The translations under genes were made by a program, and so were the position numbers. Positions 1 to 11,424 of a stretch of DNA of 64,000 nt are shown in pieces (position 1 is the stretch's first letter; each line of letters begins with the position of its first letter). The notes under the pieces are model-generated. The model was not told the origin of the DNA. It saw only the letters and a list, made by a program, of their open reading frames with translations, and ran no database searches. Source of the DNA: Rhynchobatus australiae (taxonomy: Eukaryota); assembly GCA_034780895.1 (NCBI GenBank), contig JAUZTB010000075.1, positions 20,438,664 through 20,502,663 of the forward strand, in the 5' to 3' direction.

Positions 1-165
1 ATCCGGCCAATTAGAAGGAGTTGTCTTCATTGTTAATGAATGCACTGATATCACGTTCCAATAGTACATCAGTTCTGCTATGGCTCTTGCGGATTAGAGG
101 GTAAAAAATATGTATTCACTCTTTGCGAAAGAAGGGGAAGAGAAAACAAGGGACAATCGATACAT

Positions 166-2246
166 TGCAGGAAAACAAAGGACTGTAGATGCTGGAATAG
201 TCAGATGAAAAACGATGAGCTGCTGGATGAACTGAGCAAGCAAGGCAACAATCTTGGAAAAAAGCAGATGGTTAATATTTGGGGTCAAGACCCTTCTTCA
301 GGATTGATGATAGGAAAAAGGCAAGATTCATATCTCGGAGGAAAAAGCAGAGCAATGATCAGGGGAGAAAATAGAGGAGGCGTGGTAAGCACAATGTAAA
401 AACAAGTAGATACGGGTAAAAGATAGTGATAGGCGGGGTGGGGAAGGAGGAGTGGCAGATCCACCGGGGAATGGGTGAAAGATAAGGAGGAGAAAGGGTA
501 GAAGAAAGAGAAATAGACTAGGAAAGGGAGTAAAAGCAGAGGCATGTTTGGGGGAGTGGTTTGAGGGTGTGTTGAGGGGATTACTTCAAGTAAGACAATT
601 CAATGTTCATGCCGTTAGGCTGCAAGGTTCCAAAACGGAGAATGAAGTGTAGTTCCTCCAGTTTTCCCTTGGACATCACTAGCAGGAGAAGAGNNNNNNN
701 NNNNNNNNNNNNNNNNNNNNNNNNNNNNNNNNNNNNNNNNNNNNNNNNNNNNNNNNNNNNNNNNNNNNNNNNNNNNNNNNNNNNNNNNNNNNNNNNNNNN
801 NAGATCGTGGTTACGGACAGAGCGCAGGTGTTCTACAAAACGGTCACCTAGTCTGCGTTTGGTGAGGCCAATGTCAAGGAATTCACACGAACAACACCGA
901 ATATAGCAGATGATATTGGGAATGCGCAGGTAAATATCGGTCTCGCCTGAAAAGGCTGTATGGGTCACTGGACAGAGGGATGGAGGTCGACTTGGAACAG
1001 GTGTTTCACCTATGGTGGAGGCAGTGGAATGTCCCCCCAGGATGAGACCGGTATGGGTTAGGAGGGTGCAGTAAACCAGGGAGTCACGGAGAGTGTGGTC
1101 CCCTCAAAAGGCCGAAAGAGATTGGGAGCGGAAGAATCTTGGTGGTGAGGTCGCACTGGAGATGGAGCAAGTGGCGGAGAATGATGTGTTGGGTATGTAG
1201 CTGATAGAATAAAATGAGAAAACGGGGGGGGGAGATTCTATCCCTGTTGAGTCTGGGAGGGGTGGGGTGAGAGCAGAGTTGCGGGAAATGGCAGAGATGC
1301 CGGTGCGAGCTCTCTCGACCAAAGTAGTGGAGAAACCACTGTTATTAAAGAAATTAGACATCTCTGATGTTCTGGAATGGAAATCCTCTTCATGGGAACA
1401 AATGCGGCGGAGGCGGAGTAATTGAAGTGTAATCAAGGTAGCCTTGGGCGCCCGTGGTTTCTGGAAGATGTCGGTGGATAAGGAATCTCCTGATACGGAA
1501 GGGATCGAGGGAGGAGACTGAAGTGTCAGAGATAGTCCAAGTGAATTGGAGAGCATGGTGAAAATTAGTAGCGAAATTTTAAAAGAACTGTTGAGTTCAG
1601 TACGGGTTCAAGAATTGGCACCAATGCAGTCGTCGATATAGTGTCTAATGCTTGAGGAATGAAACCGCGGTAGGCTTTGAAAAGAGGTTGTTCAGCCAAC
1701 AAAGTGGCAGGCAGATCTAGGACCCATGCGAGTGCCCATGGCTACGCGCCTAGCATGTAGCAAGTGAGAGGAATCGAAAGTGAAGTTGCATAGTGTGAGG
1801 ACCAGTTCAGCCAGGGGGAGGAGTGTTAGTGCAAGGGACTGGTCATGAAAGAAGCGGTAGTCGATGAGTTCGTCATGATAGGGAATAGAGATATCTAGGG
1901 ACTGGACGTCTACGGTGAAAATGAAGTTGTGCGTGCCGGAGAACCTACAGCTGTGGAGGAGTTGGAGAGCGTGTGATGTGTCACGGACGGAGCTGGGAAG
2001 TGATAAGACCACAGGAGACAGAATATCGTCCAGGTACGATGATACGAACTCAGCGGGGAAAAAGCACGCGGAGACAATATGCCTTCCGGGACAGTCCTTC
2101 TTATGGATTATATGGAGAAGATACAAGAGGTCAATCTGAGATTGCGGGACCATAATGTTGTTAGCTGTGGGGGAGGGAAATTTACCGCGGTGATGAGGTC
2201 GTTGATGATACGGAAGATAATGTCCTGGTGGTCCTTGATGGGTCAT
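166..2246 (-). mobile_element. Decayed Penelope-like retroelement (RT + GIY-YIG endonuclease + 3' pLTR tail)
   Basis: Minus-strand ORF pieces carry PLE RT motifs (KKDCPGRHIVSAC, SVRDTSHAL, FTVDVQSL, VAMGTRMGP) and GIY-YIG (NIICYIRC..LDIGLTKRRLGDRFVEHL). A hammerhead-like CTGAAGAAGGGTCTTGACCC lies at about 282-301 (-). Many frameshifts. Confidence 0.88.
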
Positions 2247-2249
2247 GGT

Positions 2250-2966
2250 TCAGGGGTAGCACCTCTATCCAGGCATCCAAACAGTACTTTCATGTGAGAC
2301 AGAGATTTACCTACACCTGCCTTAATGTCATCTGCTGTATTCGGTGCTCCAAGTGTGGCCTCCTCGACATTGGTGAGACCAAACAATGTGACCGTTTCGC
2401 AAAACTCCTGTGCTCCGTCCGTAACCAGTCACTTCCCGTTGCCAGTCACTTCAACTTACCCGTCCACTCCCTCACAGATATGTCGGTCCTCGGCCTCCTC
2501 CGCCGCCAAGAGAAGCCCACGAGCAAACTGCGAGAACAGCACCTCATTTTCCGTCTTGGAACCTTGCTGCCTAACGGCCCGAAATTTGAATTCTTCCACT
2601 TTAAGTAATCTCCTTAACTCACCCTCTCCCCACACCTCCCCCAACGATGCCTCTTCTTTACTTTACTTTCCTCGCCTATCTCACTTTTTTCTACATATTT
2701 CGTCCTTAACTTTGATACACCTACTGGTGGATCTGCTCTGCCGTCCTCCCCCGCCCCTGTCTATCGCTATCTCTTAACTGCATCTGCCCATACCCAACTT
2801 TTGCCCAACCCGCCTTCCCACGTGTCCAACTATCACTGCTCCGCTTTTCCCTCCTTTTCCTATCTTCATTCCTGAAGAGGGGTTCTAACCTGGAACGTTG
2901 ACCGCCTGCTTTTCTCCATGGACGAGCTCTGCCCTGCTGAGTTTCTCCAGCATCATAGTGTTTGTT
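2250..2966 (+). mobile_element. Inverted Penelope pLTR (GIY-YIG C-terminus + tail) abutting the 5' end of the minus-strand copy
   Basis: ORF 2228-2608 reads NVICCIRCSKCGLLDIGETKQ..PVASHFN..REQHLIFRLGTL. The tail has CTGAAGAGGGGTTCTAACCTGGAACGTTGAC at about 2872. Confidence 0.85.
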
Positions 2967-4107
2967 CAGCCGGTTTGTTCTTCTGGAGTCGATCCTTGGA
3001 ACAATAATAGAAAATATAACAATATGTGATGTGAACACTTGGAAAATAATGAGGAGAGTCGTTTTAAATTGGCGAAAGTGAAGTCATGTTTGACGAGCAC
3101 ATTTAAGCTCTTTGTGCATATTTAGTATCTATCATAGTGAGTAAGAAGGAACTTTGGANNNNNNNNNNNNNNNNNNNNNNNNNNNNNNNNNNNNNNNNNN
3201 NNNNNNNNNNNNNNNNNNNNNNNNNNNNNNNNNNNNNNNNNNNNNNNNNNNNNNNNNNNNNNNNNNNNNNNNNNNNNNNNNNNNNNNNNNNNNNNNNNNN
3301 NNNNNNNNNNNNNNNNNNNNNNNNNNNNNNNNNNNNNNNNNNNNNNNNNNNNNNNNNNNNNNNNNNNNNNNNNNNNNNNNNNNNNNNNNNNNNNNNNNNN
3401 NNNNNNNNNNNNNNNNNNNNNNNNNNNNNNNNNNNNNNNNNNNNNNNNNNNNNNNNNNNNNNNNNNNNNNNNNNNNNNNNNNNNNNNNNNNNNNNNNNNN
3501 NNNNNNNNNNNNNNNNNNNNNNNNNNNNNNNNNNNNNNNNNNNNNNNNNNNNNNNNNNNNNNNNNNNNNNNNNNNNNNNNNNNNNNNNNNNNNNNNNNNN
3601 NNNNNNNNNNNNNNNNNNNNNNNNNNNNNNNNNNNNNNNNNNNNNNNNNNNNNNNNNNNNNNNNNNNNNNNNNNNNNNNNNNNNNNNNNNNNNNNNNNNN
3701 NNNNNNNNNNNNNNNNNNNNNNNNNNNNNNNNNNNNNNNNNNNNNNNNNNNNNNNNNNNNNNNNNNNNNNNNNNNNNNNNNNNNNNNNNNNNNNNNNNNN
3801 NNNNNNNNNNNNNNNNNNNNNNNNNNNNNNNNNNNNNNNNNNNNNNNNNNNNNNNNNNNNNNNNNNNNNNNNNNNNNNNNNNNNNNNNNNNNNNNNNNNN
3901 NNNNNNNNNNNNNNNNNNNNNNNNNNNNNNNNNNNNNNNNNNNNNNNNNNNNNNNNNNNNNNNNNNNNNNNNNNNNNNNNNNNNNNNNNNNNNNNNNNNN
4001 NNNNNNNNNNNNNNNNNNNNNNNNNNNNNNNNNNNNNNNNNNNNNNNNNNNNNNNNNNNNNNNNNNNNNNNNNNNNNNNNNNNNNNNNNNNNNNNNNNNN
4101 NNNNNNN

Positions 4108-4267
4108 TCAACTCCCGGAGGTGCTTATTTTGGCGAAGGAACAGGGCCCGTGTGGAAAGAGAGATACTTTTGTCGGGGAGACGAGTCCCGATTAGCAGAT
4201 TGCCCATTCTCACACTGGGGTCATATTAGCTGTTCACACAGAAACGACGCCGGGATCAACTGTTCAG
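4108..4267 (+). CDS. SRCR group-B receptor, partial SRCR exon (5' part in gap)
   Basis: GAYFGEGTGPVW..FCRGDESRLADC..CSHRNDAGINCS, ending at the phase-1 donor TCAG|gtgagt. Confidence 0.9.
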
Positions 4268-5178
4268 GTGAGTCGCCAAAGTTTGTTGAACTGAAACAAA
4301 TTATTCTCTAGTCGGTGATATTTTTGCAAATGCGGCCTTTTAAGCAATTGACCGAATCGGTCGTTTTGTAGCAATTATTCATGTTTTCGTTTTGGAAGGA
4401 AATTACTTTATGTCCCTCCATAACCATTCCCACCGATAGGGTAATGGGGTTACCTCTGTGCTGTTATATATGGAGAGACTAATATTTATGTGGTGCAGAA
4501 TTCTGGAAAAAAAAATAATATTCATAAGGGTAGAGAACGATGGCGATTGATGTCGCAGAATTCTCCTTTTGGCGCGCCACTAAAATCCGCAGAGATAAAG
4601 AAATTATATTTGCTGCAAAGATACGTCAATTCACAGATTTTATTGGAAGAGTGATAAGGGGTAACAAGAACTGAATGATACAAACAGTTATGTCGGTGAA
4701 AAAGAGCAATGTCTGTAATTTTCAAATGCGCGTTTTTCTTTTTGGAAAGACATGTATTTTTCACAGCACGAAATGGCTTCAGGGATGCTTGACTTTACTT
4801 TTGGGGAACAAAATAAAGAGAGACTTCCGAAGGACAGCTACTCTACCAGAATGGGACTTGTCAGGTCTCAGAATGACAAACGCATTCACTTCTAATTAGT
4901 ACATATGCGTGGTAATTATTTACCAGTTGCTTTTCAATAAACTGTATACCTCTTGTTATTGGGCCGATTTCCATAGACTAAGTACAGAAAGCTTTCGACA
5001 CTGTTTTGCACATCGAGCGAGGAAGATGTTTGATGTAGTTCGACTTCCAGAATGACATGTGAGCAATTAGTTCAGATAAAAGGCATTGCAACTATTTGCT
5101 GACCAACTGAAAACAGATAACCTATGGGACATTTTGGCTTCAGCTCAGCGGTTTCACCAAACGTCTTTCGTTTTCTAG

Positions 5179-5493
5179 ATGCCAGTTGGTCCCTGAGGCT
5201 GACCAATGGGGGAAGCCGCTGCGACGGCCGAGTGGAAATGTTTTATAATGGCAGTTGGGGAAGAGTGCAAGACAAATTTTGGAACATTAGGGATTCCAAC
5301 GTGGTCTGTGGAGAGCTGGGTTGCAACTTCGCCATATCCGCCTACAACTACTCAAGGTACGGAGAGAGTGAACAGCCTGTGTGGGTGAATGAAGTTCATT
5401 GTGAAGGAAACGAGTCACAGCTCCGAAATTGCAAAACATCAATGTTCAGTGGATCTTCTTCTGACAGCGTCGGCGTTGGTGTTATGTGCTCAG
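5179..5493 (+). CDS. SRCR exon (6-Cys variant lacking C2/C7)
   Basis: ttttctag| acceptor, 315 nt, phase 1-1. LRLTNGGSRCDGRVEMFYNGSWG...VMCS G|gtgaat. Confidence 0.93.
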
Positions 5494-7313
5494 GTGAATA
5501 TTGTTATAAAGGTTCAAATAAGAATTTGTAATCTGGTGTGACTATTAGTAATAACTCGGGAAAATTAGTCATTGAGACATGTAAATAATTATCTCGCCAT
5601 TTGGTCACCAGGTTCGCACAATCAAATCCCCTTTTGTGGAATTTCCTTTTTTATTCCCCCACAGTTACAACCGTACCCATGCCCCGCAGACTGTACAAAG
5701 CGTTTGTACTTGAGGCAATGTGCAGCGGAGGAGGGGATTGGGAAATAAAGAATTTCATATTCAACGTTGTTCAGCTCGAAAATGTTGAAATAGCAGGGTG
5801 AGGAGAATCCACGTTAGTTGGTCCTTCGAACCTATGAAAGGGTGACTAAAGTTGTCAATATTGAAGCACAGTAAATCTCTGAACATGGCTATTCTCCTGA
5901 CTGGGGCTTATTCCAGAGTTAGACAGGTGAAATTTTGGACAAGGTGGGGCTGCAGGATGGCAGGCAAAAAAAAACTTTCAGTTATTCAAGTCGGACCCGG
6001 TGGATACAAAAAGAGCATTTCAACAGCCGACGTTCCGAGAAGATAGCAAAACTAAGCGATGGTACAGAAGTCAGGAATGATTTCTGCGCTGAAACATTTG
6101 GGTTTAGAGGCTCAAAGGGCTACAATGCGACGCCAAGATTTATCAGTGTTTATCCAAAAATTGCCAGTGGAACTGCTGGCGAAGCACTTAGGTAAGTTTT
6201 TCATGATATGTATTAGTGTGCACTGAAGTTTTGATATGAAATAGTTGTCTATGCTTTGTTCATCAAGGTGTATAGTCAGTGACGGGGTGGAGCGAGTTCT
6301 TTTTCGTGGTGTTAATACTCTACCAAAATAAACTGTTTGATGAATACAGTAAGTTGTTCTGACATTCAAGTTTTTTTTTCTGTATTGGTTTGTTATTGCC
6401 ACTTTTGCCGAGATAAAGTCAAAAACTTGTGCATCCCGTTCGTACAGATCCATTCATTGCATTGCATCGAGGTAGTAGAGGGTAACAATAATAACAGAAG
6501 ACATTCGGTGTTTGCCTTATGGTGAATGCTGTGAATCTTCAAAAAATGAAGTATGCTTGCATACATAAATATGGTGAATAGAAAAGTGCCGGTTAAAGGA
6601 ATCTGAACTGTGAGCGAATGTTACATTGACAGGAACAATAATGGCAAATGTCATGCCAAATGCAAACACTAGTTGCACACAGCTACTTGACCCTTACAGT
6701 TCCGTGCAAAGCACGGTTTTATCCCAGTGCTATAGGCAGAAATACCAATCCAAAAATATGAAAAGTAACATCGTTATAATTCAGCAGCAGTATGGTTAAC
6801 TCGCTCTTTCAGTCAGTCCAGCCTACTTGTTGAATGTAACTATCTTGTTGACATTTGCCCGGCCCAAAAGAATTTTATCCACTATTTGATAGTACCCATT
6901 GAGGATGCGGGAGGCAAACTGCCAATTAAACAATGAAATTGTAAACGCTGTTGATGTTCAACCCGGGTAATCATATCAGGTAATTCAATACTTACCCATG
7001 GGGCAGAGTATGAAAATCGCGTCAGTGTAACCGACAGCACAGACGTCATGTTTTATGGGACCACAGAAAAAGAAAATCAGTTACCCTTTTGTGTAAAGTT
7101 GACACTGAACTGTCCGGACAATTTGAACTGCAGGGAGAAGACGAGGGAGGGTAAAATTTACAATTCAGCCAGAATTTCACTACATTTTTTATTAGATTAA
7201 TTCTGCACAATAACTATACCTCAACGTTAGTGCAATTACAATCTAAACTTAACTGGTTTGACCGATTGGAATTTCGTTAGAGACGGAATATGTGGTGACT
7301 TATTCAAACATAC

Positions 7314-9267
7314 TGTCACAATGTTGAGCAAACTCACGGAGAACCCAAATGCGGCACGCCGATACAAGACTGGAGTCAGGATACTTCTTCAGGACAAACA
7401 CATGCAGCAACTGGAAGGAATCCCGCCTCAGAGATCGGAACAGGAATCCCAACACAAACTGGATCTTCACAAAGGAATAGAGAACACAGGCTGCTCTAGA
7501 GTAGACCACTCAAAGCAACTAGGAGCCAAAGTATCCCCAAGGTAGACCAATAATCTGGCAACTGGTGCCAGAGAAACACAGGTAATTATGCTAGGCCCCT
7601 GATGGGGCTCAGGTGAGTGTCATTATACAATCAATCCGTGCTGGACAACAAGGCATTCAAGGATCCAAATTGCGGGCCAGAACTCAGAACCATGAGAGTA
7701 CCACAGTTACACACTTCCCTGGTGAGAGGGAGAGGACAAAGGGTGACTATTTGGTGTGTCGTCTCCGCAACTAAGGTCGTGTCGACCCAGAGAAAGAATC
7801 CCCCTCACCGACTGGATCTTGCCCTCATATCGAGACCCTGTGATTTTCAGCGCACTGTTCTGGGAATCGGAGGTGGGGTGGGTGTAGGGGAGACAGAGAT
7901 TGGTGGANNNNNNNNNNNNNNNNNNNNNNNNNNNNNNNNNNNNNNNNNNNNNNNNNNNNNNNNNNNNNNNNNNNNNNNNNNNNNNNNNNNNNNNNNNNNN
8001 NNNNNNNCCATCTAACAATGCATTACCCATCAATGAGCAATGTAAATGATTGTACATTATGAGACAAATTTACTTCATTCAAAAAAAAAGTTTCAGTCCA
8101 GCTTGCCCAGGACATGAATTCCCTCTACACACAACTATATCCTTGCCACCAAAAGATTGATGGCTTAGGAAAAATACTGGTTTCTGATAAGATATGATAT
8201 ATTATTCAAAACATTATCTAATGAAAATAAGATAATTTGGGGAAGAATATTTTTTTAAAAAGCATTAAACCAATCAGGAAACAACAGATCAACTGTCACA
8301 GATAAGTCATCATAAGATATCACTGTACTACTTTCTCCATACAAGCAACTTGGCCCTCATTTCCACAACCTGTTACTGATGTCTTTGGCTTTTGTCCATG
8401 CTGTACTTTGATATGAAAGAAGACACAGATGTTCTCTGCTAGAACCACATCAAATTAAATGGGATGCTATCTTCTATACTGACACTGAAGATAAACAATA
8501 TTTGCAACATGAATTGTAGAGCAGAACACAAAATAATTGAAGTCCCAGAAGTGTTAAAGTGATACCATAAAATAGAATAGATGATCATTATGATTAAGAT
8601 GACTAATTACATTGTATAGTTTGTATTAAGATCACAGCCAACCCTCAGGGCCAATGAAGACATTATTTTTGGACAAACTTGAAGGACCAGAGTTTATTAT
8701 TGAGTGATACTCAATTTTAAACAAGATGATCCTCAAAAAAAAGGGAAAAACTGCCACAGATCATAATGGGGTACCTAGAGATCCAGGTAATTAAAAAAAA
8801 TAAATACAAATGCAATAATTACATTCCAAAATTAACAAACAAGTGCATCTTCAAAAGTAAGTATCACAATGTTGATACAAGAGCAAGCTCACAGAGAACC
8901 CAAATGCAGCACACTGATACAAGACTGGAATCAGGATACTTCCTTAGGACAAAACACAGGCAGCAACTGGAAGGAATCTTGCCTCAGAGATCAGAAGAGG
9001 AACCCCAACACAAACTGGATCTTCAGAAAGGAATAGAGAACACAGGACTGCTCTAGAGTAGACCACTCTAAACAGCTAGGAGCCAAAGTATACCCAAAGG
9101 TAGACCAATACTCTGGCAACTTGTGCCAGAGAAACACAGGTACTTATGCTAGACCCCTGATGCGGCTCAGGTGAGTGTCATTATACAATGTCCAGCATGG
9201 AATGCATATGCTGGACAACAAGGCATTAAAGGAGCCAAATTGAGGGCCAGAACTCAGAACCATGACG
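7314..9267. mobile_element. Non-autonomous LTR element: two ~390-bp direct LTRs (7314-7697, 8862-9267) with 5-bp TSD CATAC
   Basis: Direct repeats begin TGTCAC/TATCAC and end CATGAGA/CATGACG. CATAC occurs at 7309-7313 and 9268-9272. No gag/pol ORF is visible in the interior, which includes a 100-N gap. Confidence 0.75.
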
Positions 9268-9384
9268 CATACAATGTATTATGGGCCAAGATCAGGTACA
9301 AGTTGTTTATTTTTCAATGGTAAGAACAGCAAACAATAGACATGATGCAAAATAAGCGGCAAGTTAAATAACAGTGGACTGCAG

Positions 9385-9620
9385 ATATATTTCTTCTATC
9401 AGAAGGCAGTGAACGTCTAGAAATCACGTCCATGGAGGGTGAAGGAGTAGGCATCAGTGCATATATTTAAAATTGAGGCAAATAAGTGTTTAAACTGAGG
9501 GTTAGAGAGAGCTAGAAGGGAAGAAGAGTTGAGGCCTCCATAGAACCCCCATCACCGTATTTTGTGGAGGAGCTGGCTTCAGGTGACTGGTGGCCTAATC
9601 CCGTTCGTCTTTTCTTGAGA
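9385..9620 (+). mobile_element. CR1 LINE 3' fragment
   Basis: Decayed CR1 3' end motifs (ttcttctatcagaaggcagtgaac..., ggcctaatcccgttc). Confidence 0.55.
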
Positions 9621-11132
9621 CCTTGGGTCAACAGATTTATGTGATAACGTTCGAACGGATAAACATTGTGGGGATGCTAAAACAGTGCATTCTGCGCTTA
9701 ATTTACTGAAACGGAAATGATGGGACCAAGCAAGGAACAGCCACACAGTTACAGAGACTCGGTTTTAATGTTTAATTCTGCCCTTAGATGCTGCCTTTGT
9801 AGAAGTTGCACATACATGCTGTGACCAAGAGAGTACTTCCCGGATACTATTTTTTTGCCTCCAACAGATCCAAGACAGGCTGATCGACAGATTATTTTGC
9901 AATTGCAAATTTCCCCTCGTGGAGGTGGGTGACAGAGATATGGGGGCCAGGGAAAAGGTTAATGGCATTGCGAGAGGAAAAGTTGCTTTAGAATAAGATG
10001 ACTACAGGTGGATTTGTCTCTGTCGGCATGATGCTGCAGGCTGAAAGACCATTTCCCATGCTGCATGATTTTTAAAAGGACAAAAACACCCACAGATACG
10101 AACCAAACACGTTGAAGTTGGAATTTCTGCTCGACCAATGAGAATATAGAAACGTGTTTTCTGTGCGTGCCAGTCAGTCTGCTGCTGCGCAATCTGTATT
10201 TTTGTGAAGGGATTCCTATAACATTAGTTGTCTCATAATCTACGGAAATAGGTCACCAAGTGAGAGTGTGGTAATGGGTTTAAATGTCCAGAATGTACAT
10301 CCATTTCACTGCGAAAAAGCAAGAACTCAATTGTATGCGCAATTCCTCAGTAAAGAAATTTCTGCGTTACTGCAAATCCCGCTAGAAAGAAATGATGTAT
10401 AAGAAGAAAAAGCAGGTGAAATAGATTGTCACTATCAATTCACCAAAGAGGAACATTCACATCCCAGCCCATTTTCCAAGTTTGGTGTTCAACAGGTCGG
10501 CGTGTCTCCCCAGCAGCAGTTTCTCACACTCGGCTACCAGCTGTTATTGCTGCTCTGATGCATTCGTGAGTTTATTCCCTTGGCAGTGTCTTTTCTCAAG
10601 TTTCCTTACATGTTCACCGCTAAAAAAAACATAGTTGTAATACTCTATATGTCACCTTAATGAAACTCTCCCTTATTGTTTATTGATAGATAAAAAGAGA
10701 TGTCATTGCCGCATCTGAATCCAAAACTGCTGTGACATTTAGAGTATATTCAGGAGGGACTCCTAATTCCTGTTAACAGAACGTGAATATAAATTGAGAC
10801 AAAAGCCTATGTACTTCTATATACTTCTCATTCTTGTAAAAACTGGCAAACTACTGAATCTCGCCACCTCAGATGAGTGAAATGGAGCGCAAAGTAGAAC
10901 GCCTGTGTAAAGTAATATAGGGCTCTGGAGCTGAAAGAACATATGACACTGTTCCAAAAGCATTTTAGATATGCACATTAGTTCAGGAAGTACTTCTGGA
11001 ACGAGAAATGTTTTAGGCCTCTGACTATTCATCAGAACTTCGAAACTATGGAATATCCAATAATTCCATACATTCGAAATCCAAAATAAGATGAAAACTG
11101 AGGGAATGCATCGCCAGCCGGGCAGCATTTGG

Positions 11133-11424
11133 AATTAGAATTGGTTTATTATTGTCAAATGCACAGAGATACCGTGAAAAACTTAGTTCTGCATGCCTTG
11201 CATGCAGATCATTTCAAAACAAAAATACAATTGGGGAGTTCAAGAAAAAAGCAAAAGCATACTGCCGAATACAGTGTTATAGTTACAGAGAATGTGCGGT
11301 GCAAGTAGACATGGAGGTGCGATGCCATGACGAGATAGATTGTAAGGACAAGAGTTCGTCTTTAAGGTGCAAGAGTTCAGTTCAAGGTTTGTATAACCAC
11401 GGGATAGAAGCTGTCCTTGAGCCT
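11133..11424 (-). mobile_element. Rex1/Babar-type LINE 3' end (left half of an element split by CR1)
   Basis: tttattattgtc...gataccgtgaaaa...aagctgtccttgagcct is typical of the reverse-complement 3' end. It continues at about 15205. Confidence 0.6.

Noticed and set aside
3122-4311. Long ORFs in the track spanning N runs (also 11754-12546, 50115-50618 and others)
   Set aside because: Their length comes from untranslatable N gaps.
6988-7020. ATACTTACC resembling the U1 snRNA 5' end
   Set aside because: Similarity ends after 9 nt. It is just the complement of a splice-donor consensus, and no supported exon was found.
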